Positions 24,691 to 33,374 of a DNA stretch of 64,000 nucleotides are shown here, one piece after another (the stretch's first letter is position 1; each line of letters starts with the position of its first letter). Where the stretch lies: positions 6,543-70,542 of the forward strand of contig CAMBVS010000010.1 of assembly GCA_945871425.1 (NCBI GenBank), read 5' to 3'. Below the pieces are notes generated by a model. It was not told the origin of the DNA. It did no database searches and worked only from the letters and a program-made list of their open reading frames with translations. This stretch comes from Rhizobium sp. Q54 (GTDB taxonomy: Bacteria > Pseudomonadota > Alphaproteobacteria > SHVZ01). Both the position numbers and the translations under genes were made by a program.

Positions 24691-25460
24691 GTCCTCCACG
24701 GCGCCCGGCCCTCGGACCAGAGGGCGTTCAGCGCGAGATAGTCGCGATAGGTGTCGAGCGTGTGGAAGAAGCCCTCGTGGCGATAGACCATCAGCTGCCC
24801 GTCGCGGGCCAGCCGCTCCAGCGGCTCGCGCTCGAGCACACAGGACGGATCGGCGGAAAGATAGTCCAGAACGCCACGTTCGAAGACGAGGAAGCCGGCG
24901 TTCACCAGGCCGTCGATCCGCGGCTTCTCCCGGAACCGCATCGCCCGATCCTCGCCGTCGACCTCGATCACCCCGAAGCGCGACTCCGGGTGGATGGCCG
25001 TCATCGTCGCGAGACGGCCATGCGACTTGTGAAAGCGAAGGAGGGCTGAGACGTCGACATCGGAGACGCCGTCACCGTAAGTCACCATGAACGGGCCTGC
25101 GGGCAGATAGCGCTCGACCCGCTTGATCCGCGATCCGGTCATGCTCATCGGTCCAGTCTCGGCGAGGGTGACCTTGATGTCGTCCTCTGCGAGCGGGCTA
25201 TGGAATGTCAATTCGTCGGGACGCCCCAGCGACAGCGTGAAGTCCCGGGACATGGCTCGATAGTCGAGGACATAGCTCTTGATCTGCTCGCCCTTGTAGC
25301 CGAGGCACAGCACGAAGTTGGTGAGACCGTGCACTTGGAAATGCTTCATGATGTGCCAGAGGATCGGGTGCTCGCCGATCTGCACCAGAGGCTTGGGGAT
25401 CGACTCCGTGTGCTCACGCAACCGCGTGCCCTGGCCGCCGCAAAGAATCACCACGGCCAT
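24684..25460 (-). CDS. ddhA: Glucose-1-phosphate cytidylyltransferase (RfbF/DdhA-like)
   Basis: From [14 protein letters not shown] it gives 258 aa. Strong similarity to RfbF throughout ([33 protein letters not shown]...NAGF, TLDTYRD...LW..G.APW.TW). An upstream ATG at 25514 would add 18 aa. Confidence 0.9.
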   Translation of the reverse strand: MAVVILCGGQGTRLREHTESIPKPLVQIGEHPILWHIMKHFQVHGLTNFVLCLGYKGEQIKSYVLDYRAMSRDFTLSLGRPDELTFHSPLAEDDIKVTLAETGPMSMTGSRIKRVERYLPAGPFMVTYGDGVSDVDVSALLRFHKSHGRLATMTAIHPESRFGVIEVDGEDRAMRFREKPRIDGLVNAGFLVFERGVLDYLSADPSCVLEREPLERLARDGQLMVYRHEGFFHTLDTYRDYLALNALWSEGRAPWRTW

Positions 25461-25550
25461 CTCGTGTTGCGCCACCGCCTCGCCCCCTCTTCCGGCCCGA
25501 CCTTCGTGCTTCATTAGTACAGACGACGCCGGATTGCACCGACTAGAAAG

Positions 25551-27704
25551 CTAGACGACGATCGGCCCGAACAAGGCAGCCGCTGGCTTCTCTCCGGCGA
25601 CCGGGCCGACTCCCGCCATCGGCGCTCCATCGGCATAGTCGACGCTGCGATGCGTCTTCTTGATCGGGATGCGCGAGAAGACCTTGCCCAACGCCTGGCG
25701 GCTGCGGCCGTGCCGGTTCAGCTGGTCCTGGAAGAACTTCTTCTGCCAGGGCTGGTGGAAGAAGCGGATCCGCGTCGGCCGGATCTCCGTCGGCGCCTCT
25801 TCGAAGGCGGCGTGATCGAGCGCGACGAAGTCGTAGTCGAAATCGGCGACCGTCTCGCTGTCGAGATCGACGAAGGAGCGCTTCTTCAGAAGCGAAAAAC
25901 GCTTGAGGTCGGCGAAGTAGGCAGAGTCCAGAAGATCCCTCCGCCCGGTCCGCTCGCTGACGAAATCGGCGAACAGGTCGAAGGCGACGTCGTGCAGGTC
26001 CTCCATGCAGGTGAGGTAGACCTGCGCCTGGGTGTTGAACAGGACGTTGTTGCCGCGCTCGCCGGCAAGGTAGCTCTCCAGCACCGAGCGATCGGACTTG
26101 ATGCCGTCGGCCAGCGCCTCGTAGGTCGGCGCCAGCTCGCCTTCGGTCGCAGCGAGAAAGCTCCCATACATCGATGCGAGCGGGCCCGGGAAATCGCCGC
26201 GACGGGCGTGCATGTAGAGCAGCCAGTCGGAGATCTTGAATCCGAGCCCACGGATGAAGCGGGTGAGCTCGAGAAAGATGTTGTCGTTGTAGAACAGCGT
26301 GACCGTGAGCGCGAAGCTGCGGCATTCGAGGTAGTCCTCGAAGGGAAGCGTCGCGTTCTCGACGCACACTTCCTCGATCTCGACGCAATGCAGCGTCTCG
26401 CCGGCAAAGGGATAGAAGCCGAACGACCGCGGCACCACCCGGTAGCGCGTCTTCATCTGGAAGCGCTCGCGCTCGCGCTGGGTCGCGAGCTCGGAACCGT
26501 CGAGGATCATCAGCGTGAACAGACGGATCTGGTTGAAGTCGGCGTCGATCAGGCGGCACACGGTGTCGATGTGCTTCTTCCGCGAATCCCCGGGTAGCGC
26601 CAGGATGACCTCCGAGTAGGTGTTGGCGTCGGTCGGGCTCAGGCGACTGGAGACGGCGATGATCTGCTCGTAGGAGATGTTGCTGCGCTTGATGTTCTTC
26701 AGCACCTCGTCGTCGAGCGACTGCACCGAGGCCGAGAAGCGGAGCGATCCCTCCAGGAGATCGGAGCACTCGATGATACGAGCCTGCTGGTTCTTCCCGG
26801 TCGAGACCTGAAGGTGATGCGGGTAATCGTATTTGACCTTGGTGTCGGCGATCACCCGGCAGAACTCGACATCCTCCTTGAACATGCCGAAATTGGTGTC
26901 GGCGAGGGTCAGGTACTTCCCGGAATAACGCTCGGCGATGTAGGTCAGCTCCGAGCGGAGCCGCCCGACGCTCGCCTTGTTGACCTTGCTCCGCGCGCCG
27001 ATGCCGTCGACGCAGAAAGCGCAGGTGAACGGGCAGCCGCGATTGCTCTCCATCAGGGGTACGAGCGAAGCATCGGCGAGGAAGTCGTCGAGGTAGCCCT
27101 TAAGATAGGGCGACGGCGTCGCGTCGAGGTCTGCGATGCGGGGCGAGTCGTCGAAGCCGTCGCGGCGGACGCCGTTGGTCTTGACCAGCTCGCCGTCGAC
27201 CAGGGCATGGACGCCGTTGATGCCCGCCCGCTTCACCGCCTCGATCGAGCGGCTCTCGATCCAGGCCTCGCCGACCTCGAGGAACGGCCGCTCCCCCTCG
27301 CCCACCAGGTAAACGTCGACGGCAGGATGGTCGCGGAGCCAAGCTTCCTGGCGCGGCGACTCGAGCGGGTAGTTCGGGCCGCCGAAGACGACCAGGGTTT
27401 CGGGCGCGTGGCGCTTGATGGCAGCGGCGATCGTGTAGGAGAGGTCGAGGTTCCACATGTAGTTGGAGAACCCGACGATCGCCGGCCGCCGCGCCTGGAA
27501 GGCGGCATCGAGCGTATGCGGGTACTTGAAGAGCTCGATCTCGACCGGCCGCTCGGAATGAGCAAGGAAATAGCTCTTGATGCAGCCGACCGGATAGGGA
27601 ACCAGCTCGGCGTTCACGCCCTGTGCGGTATGCGTAAGATCGCAGAGGTAGATCAGATCCATTGGCGTTCCGGTAGGTGACAGGCGCTCGGTAGCTCCGT
27701 CCAT
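25551..27704 (-). CDS. B12-binding-domain radical SAM protein (class B-like), 717 aa
   Basis: N-terminal Rossmann-like cobalamin-binding region (VGFSNYMWNLDLSYTIAAAIKRHAPETLVVFGGPNYP), then the CX3CX2C cluster motif SNRGCPFTCAFCVDG. A long (~300 aa) unassigned C-terminal region follows. Alternative start at 27662. Confidence 0.85.
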   Translation of the reverse strand: MDGATERLSPTGTPMDLIYLCDLTHTAQGVNAELVPYPVGCIKSYFLAHSERPVEIELFKYPHTLDAAFQARRPAIVGFSNYMWNLDLSYTIAAAIKRHAPETLVVFGGPNYPLESPRQEAWLRDHPAVDVYLVGEGERPFLEVGEAWIESRSIEAVKRAGINGVHALVDGELVKTNGVRRDGFDDSPRIADLDATPSPYLKGYLDDFLADASLVPLMESNRGCPFTCAFCVDGIGARSKVNKASVGRLRSELTYIAERYSGKYLTLADTNFGMFKEDVEFCRVIADTKVKYDYPHHLQVSTGKNQQARIIECSDLLEGSLRFSASVQSLDDEVLKNIKRSNISYEQIIAVSSRLSPTDANTYSEVILALPGDSRKKHIDTVCRLIDADFNQIRLFTLMILDGSELATQRERERFQMKTRYRVVPRSFGFYPFAGETLHCVEIEEVCVENATLPFEDYLECRSFALTVTLFYNDNIFLELTRFIRGLGFKISDWLLYMHARRGDFPGPLASMYGSFLAATEGELAPTYEALADGIKSDRSVLESYLAGERGNNVLFNTQAQVYLTCMEDLHDVAFDLFADFVSERTGRRDLLDSAYFADLKRFSLLKKRSFVDLDSETVADFDYDFVALDHAAFEEAPTEIRPTRIRFFHQPWQKKFFQDQLNRHGRSRQALGKVFSRIPIKKTHRSVDYADGAPMAGVGPVAGEKPAAALFGPIVV

Positions 27705-27800
27705 TTTAGCATGGCAAGCGAGTCGCGAGGAGGCTCGAACGCTTCAGCCCGCGGGTGCCGCGCTTTCAGTCCCCGCGCCTCATCCAGTCTATAGGCAGTG

Positions 27801-28517
27801 TTACTTGGCGTCGTGAAAGATGATCCCGAGAGCGAATCTCAAGCCCCGGCGGATGCGGCTGACGCCGTGACGGAGCATGACCCGGTGTACGGCCCGGCTC
27901 CCCTGCCGCGGACGATCGCGGACGGCGAAGATCACCGCCTCCCCTTGGCGCAGCCGCACCACCTCCGCCCGCGACTGCTGGCGCGGGCGCTGCTCGACCA
28001 GCACGAACTCCCCGCCCTCGAAGTCCCTCTCCGGATCGCTGAGCAGGATGGTCGCCTGGAGCGGGAAGACGAGGTCGCCGTAGAGATCCTGGTGCAGGCA
28101 GTTGTAGCCCTCGGCCTGGTAGCGGAGCAGCAGCGGCGTCGGCCGCGTCTGTCCCGCCAGATGACAGCGTCCAAGGTAGTCCTCGAGAGCGCCCGGATAC
28201 GAGATCGTGCTGCCCAGAGACTCGGCCCAGGCGTTCGCCACCGGCGCGAGGCGCCGGTACAGTAACCCCCTGAGCTGGGCGATCTCCTCCGGCAGAGGGT
28301 AGGCGAAGTACTGGTATTCGCCTCGGCCGTAGGCGTGGCGCTCCATGACCACGCGGCTGCGGAAGCGCTCCTCCTGGTCGTACCAGTCGGCGATGCGCAG
28401 GCAGGCCTCGGCGTCGAGCAGAGGCCCGGTGGTCGCATGACCGCGGGCCGAAAGCTGGTTGGCAATCTCCTGCCAACCGAGATCGGAGATACGTCTGGCG
28501 AGCTTGGAGGCGGTCAT
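27801..28517 (-). CDS. 2OG-Fe(II) oxygenase (proline-hydroxylase-like; resembles the family Pfam calls Oxygenase-NA, from memory)
   Basis: 238 aa. HxD (CLHQDLYG), distal His (MLRHGVS) and Arg (RIRRG) are arranged as in 2OG oxygenases. Confidence 0.65.
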   Translation of the reverse strand: MTASKLARRISDLGWQEIANQLSARGHATTGPLLDAEACLRIADWYDQEERFRSRVVMERHAYGRGEYQYFAYPLPEEIAQLRGLLYRRLAPVANAWAESLGSTISYPGALEDYLGRCHLAGQTRPTPLLLRYQAEGYNCLHQDLYGDLVFPLQATILLSDPERDFEGGEFVLVEQRPRQQSRAEVVRLRQGEAVIFAVRDRPRQGSRAVHRVMLRHGVSRIRRGLRFALGIIFHDAK

Positions 28518-28571
28518 GGGTCATGCTCGGCGATCGGCTTGGCGGCGCCTATCCGGATCGTGCGCCGATGC

Positions 28572-29240
28572 TCAGAAATCCAGGTCGGCGTAGTGCTTGG
28601 GCGGCGGCGCGCCCGGGATGTGGTCGGCGAGGATCGGGCGGAAGGAGGGCCGCGACTTCATCCGCGCATACCATTCCTTCGCTTCCGGATGATCCTCCCA
28701 GGGAACGTCGCCGGTGTAGTCGAGGGCAGAGAGATGCGCCGCCGCCGCGACGTCCGCCAGCGTCAGGCGATCGCCGGCGAGCCAGGTCCGCCGCTCGGCG
28801 AGGAAGGCCATGTAGTCGAGATGGACGTGGAGCGCCTTCATGCCGTCGCGGATCGCCTGGCTGTTTGGCGTGCCGAGACCGAGGAAGCGCTTCATCATCT
28901 TCTCCTCGATGAGCGCGCGCGAAACCTCTCGGTCGAACTTGTCGTCGAACCAGGCGACCAGCCGGCGCACCTCGGCGCGCTCGGTGGCGTCGCCCAGGAT
29001 CAGCGGGCGCTCGGGATAGACCTCCTCAAGATACTCGCAGATCGGTCCGGCATGGACGATCCGGGCGCCCGAGTCCTCGACCAGCACCGGGACCTCGCCG
29101 GCCGGGTTCATGTCCATGAACTCGGGCCGACGTTCCCAGGTCTTCTCGACCTTCATCTCGAACGGGAGGTTCTTCTCGGCGAGCGCGAGGCGGACCTTGC
29201 GCGACCCGGCCGAGAGCCAGAGATGGTAGAGCGTGCGCAT
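28572..29240 (-). CDS. Glutathione S-transferase
   Basis: 222 aa with the thioredoxin-like N-domain (LYHLWLSAGSRKVRLALAEK...NPAGEVPVL) and a helical C-domain. Confidence 0.85.
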   Translation of the reverse strand: MRTLYHLWLSAGSRKVRLALAEKNLPFEMKVEKTWERRPEFMDMNPAGEVPVLVEDSGARIVHAGPICEYLEEVYPERPLILGDATERAEVRRLVAWFDDKFDREVSRALIEEKMMKRFLGLGTPNSQAIRDGMKALHVHLDYMAFLAERRTWLAGDRLTLADVAAAAHLSALDYTGDVPWEDHPEAKEWYARMKSRPSFRPILADHIPGAPPPKHYADLDF

Positions 29241-29301
29241 CGAGGCCGCACTCTATACGCAAGCGGCGCGGGAGTCGCAAAGCCTCCCGCGAACGACGGA
29301 T

Positions 29302-29938
29302 TTAGCCGCGGAGCAGCGAGAAGGCGAAGTCGCGGCCGAGGCCCTGGTTGAGCGCCAGATGGATCCACAGCATGGCGTAGGGCTCGAGGAGACGTGAGAT
29401 GCGCAGCGGCCCGGCATCCACCGCTTCGAACCCGAGTTCGGTCATCAGGCTGAGCACGGTCAACTTCCGTCCGGCGTCGTCGCCGGCGACGAGCATCGCA
29501 GCGAAGCCGTCCGGGAACTTGGCGTCCGCCATCGCCACGGAGCCCACCTGGTTGAGGGCCTTGAAGACGTGCGCCTCAGGCGCCCAGGCGGCGACCTGCT
29601 CGCCGCCGGAGGTATCAAAGCCGATCGCGAGGCCGAGCCGGTCGCCGGTGTGGTCAGCGGGTCGGTGCAATCGAACACCGTTTTCCGGCAAGCCCGCCTG
29701 CCGCGGCGACGGCTGTCTCGGTCTGCTCCCAGGGTGTCTCCAGCACCACGACCTCCGCCGGACCCGCCGACTCGCCTACGGTTGTGAGGACGACCCCGCG
29801 TTCGACGGCGTTCGCCGCCGCCGTCGCATCGCCGAGTTTGGATCCCTGACCCCCGAAGACGATGTCGTGCCCGGCCCTCGAACAACTGACGCCAAGCGCG
29901 GTGCCGACGCTGCCGGCGCCGATGATCGCGATCTTCAT
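29302..29938 (-). pseudogene. NADPH-dependent F420 reductase-like / NAD(P)-binding oxidoreductase, disrupted by two 1-nt frameshifts
   Basis: MKIAIIGAGSVGTALG...AAAGGLAGK is in one frame. The conserved continuation TVFDCTDPLTTP is in a second frame, across a GGAAAACGG A-run. GDRLGLAIGFDTSGGEQVAAW...LLEPYAMLWIHLALNQGLGRDFAFSLLRG is in a third frame. Confidence 0.65.
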
Positions 29939-30009
29939 GCACGTCCCCGAAACATCCCCGCGCCCAGGATGGGGCAAACCGGGCACCGTCCAAGAGGCGA
30001 GTCGCGACC

Positions 30010-30600
30010 TTAGATTGTTTTTTCGTCAACGGCCGACCGGATCACGGCCTCGATGCCCGTTTGCGGGAGCGTTCTCCGCAGCGCCTCGGCGATGGCGCGG
30101 GCGTCGCCGACGCCGTCATGAGCACGGCCGGCAGACACGAACCCGAACACCGATGGAAGGTCGGAGGAGACGACGTGACGCTCGCGGGCTGCCGCTCGTC
30201 TGAAGTGCGGGCTCAGGCTGCCGAAAACCGCAGCGGCGAGCGGATCTGCGGTACCTGCCAACCGCGCATTCTGTCGAAGCCAGGCGTCATCTCTGCCGTT
30301 GCAAAGGAGGACGCGGGCACCGCCGGCAAATCCCGCGAGGCGCGCCAGCGCCTCGGCGATGTCGACGCCTTCGCGATCGACCCGCTCCTGGGTGATCCCG
30401 GTCAGGCCGATGATGAAGTCGCTGAGGGTCGGGTTGAGCCGGGGTTTCACCGCGAGGTCGAGGGTCCCGGTCTCGCGCAGATCCGCATCGAGACGGACGG
30501 CCCCGATCTGGATGATCTCCGGATACTCGCCCGGGCCGGTCCAGCCGCGCGCCGCCGACCCCGGCCAGGCGGTCAGCTCCAGATCGAAGATGACAAACAT
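30010..30600 (-). CDS. DEDDh 3'-5' exonuclease (DnaQ/KapD-like)
   Basis: MFVIFDLELTAW (Exo I DxE), and HDGVGDARAIAEAL (Exo III H-x4-D). A GTG at 30621 is an alternative start. Confidence 0.72.
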   Translation of the reverse strand: MFVIFDLELTAWPGSAARGWTGPGEYPEIIQIGAVRLDADLRETGTLDLAVKPRLNPTLSDFIIGLTGITQERVDREGVDIAEALARLAGFAGGARVLLCNGRDDAWLRQNARLAGTADPLAAAVFGSLSPHFRRAAARERHVVSSDLPSVFGFVSAGRAHDGVGDARAIAEALRRTLPQTGIEAVIRSAVDEKTI

Positions 30601-30693
30601 GCCCGACAATAGAATGCCCACCCGTCCGGGGGAACGGGAGGGCGGGGTGCGGGGCGATCGGCCGGAGGAACGGTCGGCGTTAGCCCCGCGATC

Positions 30694-31707
30694 TCAGGGC
30701 CAGCCGACGCGGTCGAAGATGCGGACCGCTTCCGGGTTGTGCTTGGCGAGCGCGGCCAGCGACACGGTCTCGGCCTTGAACGGACCGAAAGAGGCGACGG
30801 CGGCCGAGCGTGCGACGCCGGCCTTGACCGGGAACTCGCCGACCACCTCGGCATAGATCTTCTGCGCTTCGTCGGAGAGCAGGAACTCGATCAGAGCCAC
30901 CGCCTGGGGGATGTTCCTGGCGCTCTTGGTGACGCCGATGCCCGAGATGTTGACGTGGGCACCGCGGTCGGACTGGTTCGGCCAGAACACCTTGACCTTG
31001 GCGGCGGCGGCCTGGTCGGCCGGATCCTTGGAGGCCAGCATGCCGGCGAGGTAGTAGGTGTTGACCAGCGCCACATCGCATTCGCCGGCGGCGACAGCCT
31101 TGATCTGGTCGCGGTCCCCGCCCTGGGGCTTCCGCGCCAGGTTGGCGGCGAAGCCCTTGGCCCAGGCCTCGGTCTTGGCCGGGCCGACCGCCTCGAGCAT
31201 CGCCGAGACCATCGACTGGTTGTAGATGTGCGAGGACGAGCGGACGCAGATCTTGCCCTTCCACATTTCGTTCGCCAGGTCCTCGTAGGTCGAGAGGTCG
31301 GCCGGCTTCACCCGGTCGACCGCGTACATGATCGGCCGGGCCCGCATCGAGAGCGCCGTCCACATGCCCTCCGGATCGCGCAGCGCCGGCGGAACCACCT
31401 CGTCGATCGCCGGCGACTTGACCGGCTGGAACAGGCCCGCCTCCTTGGCCCTGACCAGTCGGCCGGCATCGACCGTCATCAACAGATCGGCCGGGCTCGC
31501 CGCGCCCTCCGCCTTCAGCCGCTCGATCAGCGCATCCTCGCCGCCCGAGACCAGGTTGACCTTGATCTTGGTCTTCTGGGTGAAGGCATCGAGGAGCGGC
31601 TTGATCAGCCCTTCCTGCCGATAGGAGTAGAGGTTGACCTCCTGGGCCATCGCCGGAACCTGCAACAGGCAGATGGCGAGGGCGACGACCGGGGCGAGCT
31701 TGCGCAT
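30694..31707 (-). CDS. Fe(3+) ABC transporter substrate-binding protein (FbpA/AfuA-like), orphan
   Basis: From MRKLAPVVALAICLLQVPAMAQ (signal peptide; AGAGGAA RBS upstream). EVNLYSYRQEGLIKPLLDAF and GEGDVALVNTYY-type motifs are typical of the ferric binding protein family. No permease or ATPase is adjacent. Confidence 0.78.
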   Translation of the reverse strand: MRKLAPVVALAICLLQVPAMAQEVNLYSYRQEGLIKPLLDAFTQKTKIKVNLVSGGEDALIERLKAEGAASPADLLMTVDAGRLVRAKEAGLFQPVKSPAIDEVVPPALRDPEGMWTALSMRARPIMYAVDRVKPADLSTYEDLANEMWKGKICVRSSSHIYNQSMVSAMLEAVGPAKTEAWAKGFAANLARKPQGGDRDQIKAVAAGECDVALVNTYYLAGMLASKDPADQAAAAKVKVFWPNQSDRGAHVNISGIGVTKSARNIPQAVALIEFLLSDEAQKIYAEVVGEFPVKAGVARSAAVASFGPFKAETVSLAALAKHNPEAVRIFDRVGWP

Positions 31708-31728
31708 GGCAATTCCTCTGGGGTCGCA

Positions 31729-31757
31729 GTTATTGATAATCAGTCGCAAGAAATTGC
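31729..31757. promoter_or_regulatory. Fur-box-like AT-rich palindrome (TGATAATCA core) plus GCAA-N4-TTGC, upstream of the Fe(3+)-binding protein gene
   Basis: Read directly: gttatTGATAATCAgtcGCAAgaaaTTGC, 22-50 nt upstream of the start codon at 31707, in the divergent intergenic region. Confidence 0.3.
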
Positions 31758-31818
31758 CCGATGTTCAAGCATGATCTTGTCGCACCCCGTGTCGCAGCCA
31801 CCCGGTCCCCGATCGCCG

Positions 31819-33339
31819 ATGAACCTTGCTGACTCCCTGCTGCGGGCAGCGCGCGCCCATGGCGACCGCCCGGCGCTCGCCTTCGGCACCGAGGACCGCC
31901 TCGATTTTGCCGGCTTCGCCCGGCGGGCCGGCGCGCTCGGCGAGGGCCTGCGGCGGCGGTTCCGCCTCTCCCCGGGCGATCGTGTCGCGCTCGCGATGAA
32001 GAACCACCTGGACTACCTGCCGCTGCTCTACGGCGCCTGGTGGGCCGGCCTCGCCGCGGTTCCCGTCAACGCCAAGCTGCACGCCAAGGAGATCGCCTAC
32101 ATCCTCGCCGACTCGGGCGCCCGCCTGGTGCTGGCGACCGACGACATGGCGGAGACCGTCGCGGCGGCCGCGACCGAAGCCGGAACCCGGCCGGCCGTGC
32201 TCCTGGTCGGCTCAGCCGAGCTGGAACGGCTGGCGGCCGAGGCGCCCGCGGCGCCGGTCGAGCAGGCGGGCGCCGATCTCGCCTGGATCTTCTATACCTC
32301 CGGCACCACCGGACGGCCCAAGGGCGCCATGCTGAGCCACGCCAACCTGCTGGCCATGACGCTCTGCTACTTCGCTGACGTCGACACCGTTTCCCCGGGC
32401 GACGCCATGCTGCACGCCGCGCCGCTGTCGCATGGCTCTGGCCTCTACGCGCTGCCCAATGTGGCGGCAGCAGCCAAGCAGGTGATCCCGGCCTCCGGCG
32501 GCTTCGACTGCACCGAGATCGCCGAGCTTCTCGGCCATCACCGCGGCGTCGCCATGTTCGCGGCACCGACCATGGTTGCACGGCTGGTCTCCCATCCGGC
32601 GGTCACCGCCAGTGGCGTTCCAGGCCTCAAGACCATCATCTACGGCGGCGGGCCGATGTACGTCGCCGACCTCAAGCGGGCGCTCGACGTCCTGGGGCCG
32701 CGCCTCGCCCAGATCTACGGCCAGGGCGAGAGCCCGATGTGCATCACCTCGCTGCCGAAGGCGATCATCGCCGACCGCGACCACCCGCGGTGGGAAGCCC
32801 GCATCGCCTCGGCCGGCATCCGCCAGTCGACGGCCGAGATCCGGATCGCCGATGACGACGACCGGGCGCTGCCGACCGGCGAGATCGGCGAGATCCTGGT
32901 GCGGGGGCCCCAGGTGATGGCGGGCTACTGGAACCGGCCGGAGGCGAACGCGCAGGCGCTCAAGGGCGGCTGGCTCCATACCGGCGATGTCGGCGTGCTG
33001 GATGAGGACGGCTTCCTCACCCTCAAGGACCGGTCCAAGGACCTGATCATCTCCGGCGGGTCCAATGTCTATCCGCGCGAGGTCGAGGAGGTGCTGCTCC
33101 GCCACCCGGACGTGGTCGAGGCGGCAGTGGTCGGCCGGCCACATCCGGATTGGGGCGAGGAGGTGGTCGCCTTCGTCGTCACCCGCCCCGGCTCCGCCGT
33201 CGAGGAGGCCGCTCTGGACCGCTTGTGCCTTGATGAAATTGCCAGATTCAAGCGGCCTAAAGCCTATCGGTTCGTTCGGGAACTTCCCAAGAACAATTAC
33301 GGGAAAGTGGTCAAATCCACGTTACGAGCACAGTTTTAA
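31819..33339 (+). CDS. AMP-dependent acyl-CoA ligase (long-chain-fatty-acid-CoA ligase-like)
   Basis: 506 aa from MNLADSLLRAA. It has the AMP-binding motif IFYTSGTTGRPKGAM, plus GEI...TGD and the C-terminal KNNYGKV lysine motif. The 866-aa track ORF is an antisense extension. Confidence 0.85.
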   Translation: MNLADSLLRAARAHGDRPALAFGTEDRLDFAGFARRAGALGEGLRRRFRLSPGDRVALAMKNHLDYLPLLYGAWWAGLAAVPVNAKLHAKEIAYILADSGARLVLATDDMAETVAAAATEAGTRPAVLLVGSAELERLAAEAPAAPVEQAGADLAWIFYTSGTTGRPKGAMLSHANLLAMTLCYFADVDTVSPGDAMLHAAPLSHGSGLYALPNVAAAAKQVIPASGGFDCTEIAELLGHHRGVAMFAAPTMVARLVSHPAVTASGVPGLKTIIYGGGPMYVADLKRALDVLGPRLAQIYGQGESPMCITSLPKAIIADRDHPRWEARIASAGIRQSTAEIRIADDDDRALPTGEIGEILVRGPQVMAGYWNRPEANAQALKGGWLHTGDVGVLDEDGFLTLKDRSKDLIISGGSNVYPREVEEVLLRHPDVVEAAVVGRPHPDWGEEVVAFVVTRPGSAVEEAALDRLCLDEIARFKRPKAYRFVRELPKNNYGKVVKSTLRAQF

Positions 33340-33374
33340 TTGGTTGTTCATAAAATGTGAGATAAGCGACGTCG

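Noticed and set aside
20335-27800. Calling the lower-GC glycan cassette (or the 9.7-10.8 kb insert) a mobile element or genomic island
   Set aside because: I could recognise no integrase, transposase, tRNA attachment site or flanking direct repeats. Only the compositional shift supports horizontal origin, so these are reported as findings, not as mobile_element features.
30739-33339. 866-aa plus-strand ORF
   Set aside because: The first 360 codons are antisense to the FbpA-like gene. The real acyl-CoA ligase starts at MNLADSLL (31819).
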